Positions 56,100-60,790 of a stretch of DNA of 60,790 nt are shown piece after piece (position 1 is the stretch's first letter; the number at the start of each line of letters is the position of its first letter). A program made the position numbers and the translations under genes. Origin of the DNA: a virus (Duplodnaviria > Caudoviricetes); IMG/VR virus record IMGVR_UViG_3300049172_000212, positions 1 through 60,790 of that record. One strand, 5' to 3'. The notes beneath the pieces are model-generated. The model did not search any database, was not told the DNA's origin, and saw only the letters and a list, made by a program, of their open reading frames with translations.

Positions 56100-57212
56100 A
56101 TGGAAGACGATAAACGCCCATATCTATCGAGCTTTAAAGACCGCCACGGAAAAACCCGCTGGCGGTTTCGCCGTGGTAAGGTCACGAAGTCCCTCAAGGG
56201 CTCCCCAGGCGATCCGGTATTCGAGGAAGGTTATTCAGCGGCAATTGAAGGCCGAGAGCCTCGCGAAGCTGATGTTGTCAAAATTCCAGGTGCCGCCCTT
56301 CCCGGCACCTTCCGAGCGGCATGGACAAAGGTGAAGCGCACACCGGAATGGTTGGCACATGATCCAGCCACGCATCACAAAAACATCCGCCTGGCTGAAG
56401 AGTTTTTAGAACTGAAGGTCGTGGAGAGCCGGCCGATCCTGTGGGGCGACGTCCCGATGAAGGATTTCAAACGCCGGCATGCCAAGGAGATTCTCGCCCG
56501 CTACAGCGCCACACCCCACAAGGCAAAGCATCTGCTCGTCACGATTCGAAAGATGATCGTGGTAGCTCTCGACGAAGAGTGGATGGAGACAGACCCGACG
56601 TGGAAGCTCAGCTACAAGCCCGAATACACGGGCTGGCGGGCATGGACCGATACAGAGCGGCAGATGTTTGAGGCGCGTTGGCCGATCGGCACCACGCCAC
56701 GCACTGCATACGCTCTCGCTCTCTGGCTCGGAAATCGCCGTTCCGACGTGGCGCGCCTCCAGTGGGAATGGTTCGATTTCAAGAAGGGAACCGTTACCCT
56801 GGTGACGAAGAAAGGCGACAAGACCCTCGTCCTTCCCATCACGCCCATGTTGCGGGAGGCCGTCGACCGGTTGCCGCGTAAGGGCGAGACAGTGCTTGTC
56901 ACCCAATACGGCAAGCCATTTTCGGAAAAGTCATTGACCGGCAGAATGGCCGATTGGACCCACAGTGCGGGTATGCCAAAGGGCTGCACCATGCATGGCC
57001 TGAGAAAGACGCTGGGGAAAATGCTGGCCGAAACGGGAGCGACGACGCGCCAACTCATGGAAACTCTCGGGCATGACGATATCGAGCACGCAGAGCTTTA
57101 TAGCCGTGAGGCTGAACAGCAGCGACTCGCTCGTGACGCGATGACGAAGGTCACGAAGCGGTATCAGAAAAAAAAACTCGTGGCTAACCCGGTGTCTAAC
57201 CACCATGGATAA
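56100..57212 (+). CDS. int: Tyrosine integrase
   Basis: GNRRSD, HGLRK, LGH and catalytic Y in ELYS. Confidence 0.95.
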   Translation: MEDDKRPYLSSFKDRHGKTRWRFRRGKVTKSLKGSPGDPVFEEGYSAAIEGREPREADVVKIPGAALPGTFRAAWTKVKRTPEWLAHDPATHHKNIRLAEEFLELKVVESRPILWGDVPMKDFKRRHAKEILARYSATPHKAKHLLVTIRKMIVVALDEEWMETDPTWKLSYKPEYTGWRAWTDTERQMFEARWPIGTTPRTAYALALWLGNRRSDVARLQWEWFDFKKGTVTLVTKKGDKTLVLPITPMLREAVDRLPRKGETVLVTQYGKPFSEKSLTGRMADWTHSAGMPKGCTMHGLRKTLGKMLAETGATTRQLMETLGHDDIEHAELYSREAEQQRLARDAMTKVTKRYQKKKLVANPVSNHHG

Positions 57213-57290
57213 CCACCTAATTAACTGCTTGAATGTTGGTTGACAGGGATTCTGGAATTACTGGGAATCTCTGGGATTAGATGGGTTGCC
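57182..57290. other. Putative att arm region
   Basis: Three TAACC-core repeats (57182-57216), IHF-like TAACTGCTTGAAT, CTGG(G)AAT/CTGGGATT repeats at ~10-bp phase. Confidence 0.55.
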
Positions 57291-57751
57291 GTGGTACCCC
57301 GCTGATCTGCCGGCGTCTCGGCGAAACTTTGAACGACTGTCGCTTTCGCTTCCCCCTCCCCCAGTGGCTCAATTCCGAGTTCCGAAGACCGTGGGAGCCT
57401 AATCCGGCGAATTTTCAACCCATCTTTAAACACTCGCCTATCAGCCTTCGGGCCGTATTCAACTCATTGAGTTGTCCAAGCCTTATGGTCCTGATAATCG
57501 GGCCGGCACCATCGCTGGTTCGTACGTTTGAAACGCCTCAGGTTTGAAAATAGATTGTGAATCCCCTGCGGGATGCAACCCGCGGGAACCAGGGAAAACT
57601 AGCTGCTCGCGCCGAAGATAGAGTCCCACATCAGCGTAGCAGCTAAGATCAGTAGCGTGAGCTTGAACGTCCCCATTTTCTAGAGTGGCCCGCTTAATCA
57701 ATCTGTAACGGGATAGCGCAAAACTCGTTTGAAGAGTGGAGGAGAACCAAC

Positions 57752-58612
57752 TTGGCTTTGAAAATAAAACCCGCGGTTCGAATTACCTCGGTTTCAGCCT
57801 TCGTCGAGCACGTAATGGACTGGACCAGACAGGGTCAAAGGCCAGTAGCTTTCCGAGGACAGAGCTACCACGGTTGGCGGACTGAGCCCAGGCTTTTTCG
57901 CGCCGATGTTGGTCTATACGAACATGAAAAGAATGCTGTGCGGGACATTGTTTCTGTACATCCTCAGGAATTCCGAGATGACGAAACGATGTTCGACAGA
58001 CTGGTCAGGATGCAGCACTTTGAGCTACCTACGCGTCTATTGGACGTAACTACGAATCCTTTGGTTGCACTTTATTTCGCGACGGCGAATTATAAGGACG
58101 AAGATGGAGAAGCACAGGATGGCAAGGTACAGGCGCTGTTCCTGCCAGAGGATCGTCAGCGATATTACGACAGCGACCGCGTAAGCTGCATGGCAAACCT
58201 CGCTAACCTAACCTACCAGGAGAAGCTAGCTCTCGGGAGGGCGTATAAGCTTCCAAAGGACAAGTTTAATGAAAGTGACGCGGTAAGACGACTACTCTGG
58301 TTCGTCCGCCAAGAAAAGGCGGCGTTCGAACCAGAAATAATTCCTTCAGATCTTGAGCTCCCAGTGTTTGTGAAGCCAAAGATGAGCAATCGAAGGATCA
58401 TCGCACAGTCTGGAGCTTTCATTTTGTACGGCACAAAGCGCAGCACGAACCCCGATACCGACCTACGCCTCACAAGAGTTACGATTCCCTCAGACAAGAA
58501 GATCGAGATGAGGGAACAGTTGGAGCGGCTAGGCATAAACGCAAGTGTGCTATTCCCTGAGATCGATAAGGCGGCCAGCTTCATCGTCAAACGCTACGCC
58601 AATGGTGACTAG
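57752..58612 (+). CDS. FRG domain protein
   Basis: AFRGQ, MQHFELPTRLLD..NPLVALYFA, RIIAQSGAF. Confidence 0.9.
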   Translation: MALKIKPAVRITSVSAFVEHVMDWTRQGQRPVAFRGQSYHGWRTEPRLFRADVGLYEHEKNAVRDIVSVHPQEFRDDETMFDRLVRMQHFELPTRLLDVTTNPLVALYFATANYKDEDGEAQDGKVQALFLPEDRQRYYDSDRVSCMANLANLTYQEKLALGRAYKLPKDKFNESDAVRRLLWFVRQEKAAFEPEIIPSDLELPVFVKPKMSNRRIIAQSGAFILYGTKRSTNPDTDLRLTRVTIPSDKKIEMREQLERLGINASVLFPEIDKAASFIVKRYANGD

Positions 58613-58736
58613 GGCTACCAGACCGCGAGGGAGCTTTCTCTATTCGAGCGACGCAACAGGAGGACCGTTAGGCAGAAATCAAAACGAGGCCACTTGGACA
58701 GTAGGCGGTTACTGCCACCAAACATGCCCTGCAAAG

Positions 58737-59056
58737 CTCCACGAGAGCATGGCTGGCGTCACTATCGAGAACCGGCTATGGCGGGCTTTCGTCGGATGCT
58801 CTTCTCTCTCGATCCGCGATACTGGGGCAGCGAGGACGACTATGGGAAAGAGGTCTTCAGTCGCACTGAATACGGTGAGATGGCAGAAGTCCTCGGTCAT
58901 ATCAAAGGGCGCTTCATCCTGTCTTTGAACGCGGTCGACGGCGTCGTTCAAACGTTCTCCAAATTCTCAATCGAGGAGGTCGATTGCAGCTATTCCATTG
59001 CTGGCGGAGGCCATAGCAAAGCGGTGAAGGAGGTGATTATTATGCCGGCAGAGTGA
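58737..59056 (+). pseudogene. Dam-like (D12 class) adenine methyltransferase C-terminal remnant
   Basis: LHESMAGVTIEN in one frame, DPRY (degenerate DPPY)...KGRFILSLN in another. Confidence 0.75.
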
Positions 59057-59092
59057 ATCGAGACATCATAGCTCGCCATACGAGGAGGCGCT

Positions 59093-60790
59093 GTGCAGGA
59101 TCAATGCTTTTGGGAAATTTGCTTCTTCAGGCTGACCGGGCAGGAGCCAAAGTTTTTTGGCTTTTCGGAATACTTGGCTGCCCTTGCGCTGATGGTGCTG
59201 GCGTGGACGATCGCAGATGTTCGCTACCGCTTCAGGATCCAGACGGCACCGCTTCCGGTGCGAGGGCTCACCTTTACTGTGATAGCTAGCGTCGGCTTTC
59301 TCACACTTGCGACCGATCTTTGGCGGGCAGAGCGGTGGTACGTTCCCAGAGGGGACTTGATCTCGCCAGCAGGATGGCAAGCTCTCCTGGGATCACTCCT
59401 GCTGATCACGTTTTTAATGTGGGCATGGTTTGCGTTCATTCGGCCGCAGACGTTTGGCCGCTGGAACGCCCTCCGATATACACGAGCAGTCTATCGCACG
59501 ATTTTGAAGGGCGACCCCAACGAAATAGCAGTCGTTGCCGACGAACTTGCTTATTCAGCAAAGGCGCTGATTCAGGAAGCGCCGCTCTTGAGATTTGGCA
59601 AACAGGACGAGGCAACAGAATATACGGCCTTACAGCAATACGCTGAGGACATCCTTTTGCTGCTAGGCGACCGCAGGTTTTGCCGCGCGGTTGTCAGTTC
59701 TTCACCTGGCACAATCCTCGCGATATTTAGTGCCCTTGAACAGACAAAAAAGCACCGGGTCGCTCTCCAGCCTTTCGCACGCAACCTAATAAGCGAAGCG
59801 ATAATGAACCGGGACTCCTTTATCTATCACGAAGAAGAAGGCTATCGGTCCGGACTGATGGGCTACTACAAGCCCTTAAGCCATGCGATTTTCTCAAACT
59901 ACTCGATCGTTGAAGGCTTGGAGTACCTACTCGACCCAGATGTGCCGCAATCGCAAAAGTGGGAGGCTGCTCATTGGGAGGCTTATGGAAGGCTTACCAA
60001 CCTTACACTTGCCGCGTATGTTAAAGGGGCAGGATTGCATCACCATTCCTATGTTCTCCATCGCGCTTTCCATAGCATTGCCCGCTCCTGTATGGATCTC
60101 TACCAGCTCAACGGGACGGATAACTCCGGCTTTGACGATGACCGTCGGGCCCGACTTCGTATTGCTGTCGAAGCAATCAAAAAAGCGGTAGAGATACTGA
60201 ACGAGGCGGACCACACGTCTGTTCGGCGGCGAATCCGGGAGCGATATGGATGGCAGAGAAGCATCCTCGATCTCATTGCTGAATGTATTGTCGAGCTGAT
60301 CAAGGAGGCTTCAGCGGTGAAGGCACCTAGGTCTTTGAATTGGTTTATTCAGCATAATTATCTGTGGGGAGAACTCTTCAATTACCATCATATGCCCGGC
60401 AGCGCAGCCGAGAAGATCAAATTCAAAGTTCGCCGAGCACTCTATGACGAGATCCGTACATTGGATCGCATGACCAACTACCAATCCGCGGCAGTTTTGG
60501 GCTTTCTACTAAATGTCATGGGCGTCAATTCCGGTCAGCGCGATGGTCATGATCGCGATACCCATGCCTTGCACGTTGTCGTCCTCAGGTGGACCAAACG
60601 CAACTTTATGAAATTGCACACTGAGAAACCTTCATTGGCAGAGGCCTCCTTGGTAGAGGGTCTTGAGCTGGATGTGGCGAATTTGCGTTTAGCACGAGCA
60701 TACGGACTGAACCCGAAAGAAAAGCCTAGGTACGCCTACTTAGACCTCGACCCGGTTCCGGCTAACGCTGCAGAGGTAGAGACGGCTTGA
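59093..60790 (+). CDS. Large hypothetical protein with three N-terminal TM helices
   Basis: 565 aa; hydrophobic N-terminus and helical soluble body. Confidence 0.8.
   Translation: MQDQCFWEICFFRLTGQEPKFFGFSEYLAALALMVLAWTIADVRYRFRIQTAPLPVRGLTFTVIASVGFLTLATDLWRAERWYVPRGDLISPAGWQALLGSLLLITFLMWAWFAFIRPQTFGRWNALRYTRAVYRTILKGDPNEIAVVADELAYSAKALIQEAPLLRFGKQDEATEYTALQQYAEDILLLLGDRRFCRAVVSSSPGTILAIFSALEQTKKHRVALQPFARNLISEAIMNRDSFIYHEEEGYRSGLMGYYKPLSHAIFSNYSIVEGLEYLLDPDVPQSQKWEAAHWEAYGRLTNLTLAAYVKGAGLHHHSYVLHRAFHSIARSCMDLYQLNGTDNSGFDDDRRARLRIAVEAIKKAVEILNEADHTSVRRRIRERYGWQRSILDLIAECIVELIKEASAVKAPRSLNWFIQHNYLWGELFNYHHMPGSAAEKIKFKVRRALYDEIRTLDRMTNYQSAAVLGFLLNVMGVNSGQRDGHDRDTHALHVVVLRWTKRNFMKLHTEKPSLAEASLVEGLELDVANLRLARAYGLNPKEKPRYAYLDLDPVPANAAEVETA

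Larger units (their letters stand above)
3372..57290. mobile_element. Temperate siphovirus-like prophage (left boundary uncertain; may include 1-3070)
   Basis: Ordered integrase, switch, replication, packaging, head, tail and lysis modules. Confidence 0.93.

Noticed and set aside
3091-57259. AATTCCAGAA (3091) / TTCTGGAATT (57250) as prophage ends
   Set aside because: Only 10 bp and inverted, whereas attL/attR should be direct repeats; no direct partner was found
58694-59056. Functional Dam methyltransferase
   Set aside because: N-terminal SAM-binding half is missing, the frame is shifted, and DPPY reads DPRY
1-60790. CRISPR array, DGR/retron, or invertase shufflon
   Set aside because: No regularly spaced repeats, no reverse transcriptase motif and no serine invertase were seen

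Overview
Most of the window (about 3.4-57.3 kb) is an apparently intact temperate siphovirus-type prophage. The host is alphaproteobacterial, probably Rhizobiaceae, inferred from GAAC-N7-GAAC LexA boxes, EcfG-type promoters and GapR/DUF982-type genes. From right to left it carries a tyrosine integrase and excisionase, a + strand early/recombination operon, a cI/cro switch with five operators, then on the - strand replication, Q-like, packaging, head, tail and lysis genes, a ~7.5 kb hypervariable block of small genes, and a LexA-boxed SRAP cluster. The flanks look like defence islands: on the left a methyltransferase, a nuclease-like DGQHR protein and a Zn-finger gene; on the right an FRG protein, a Dam remnant and a large membrane protein. 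The main signals are (1) the MTase-DGQHR operon; (2) a repressor with no autopeptidase domain facing a convergent LexA-boxed gene (candidate new antirepressor); (3) paired DnaA boxes before xis-int and in the SOS promoter, plus a phage-encoded DnaA domain IV protein; and (4) at least five morons with EcfG-type stress promoters, one encoding an unannotated 25-aa membrane peptide. All family calls come from motif recognition by eye; no searches were run. I found no attL partner, so the left prophage boundary is uncertain.
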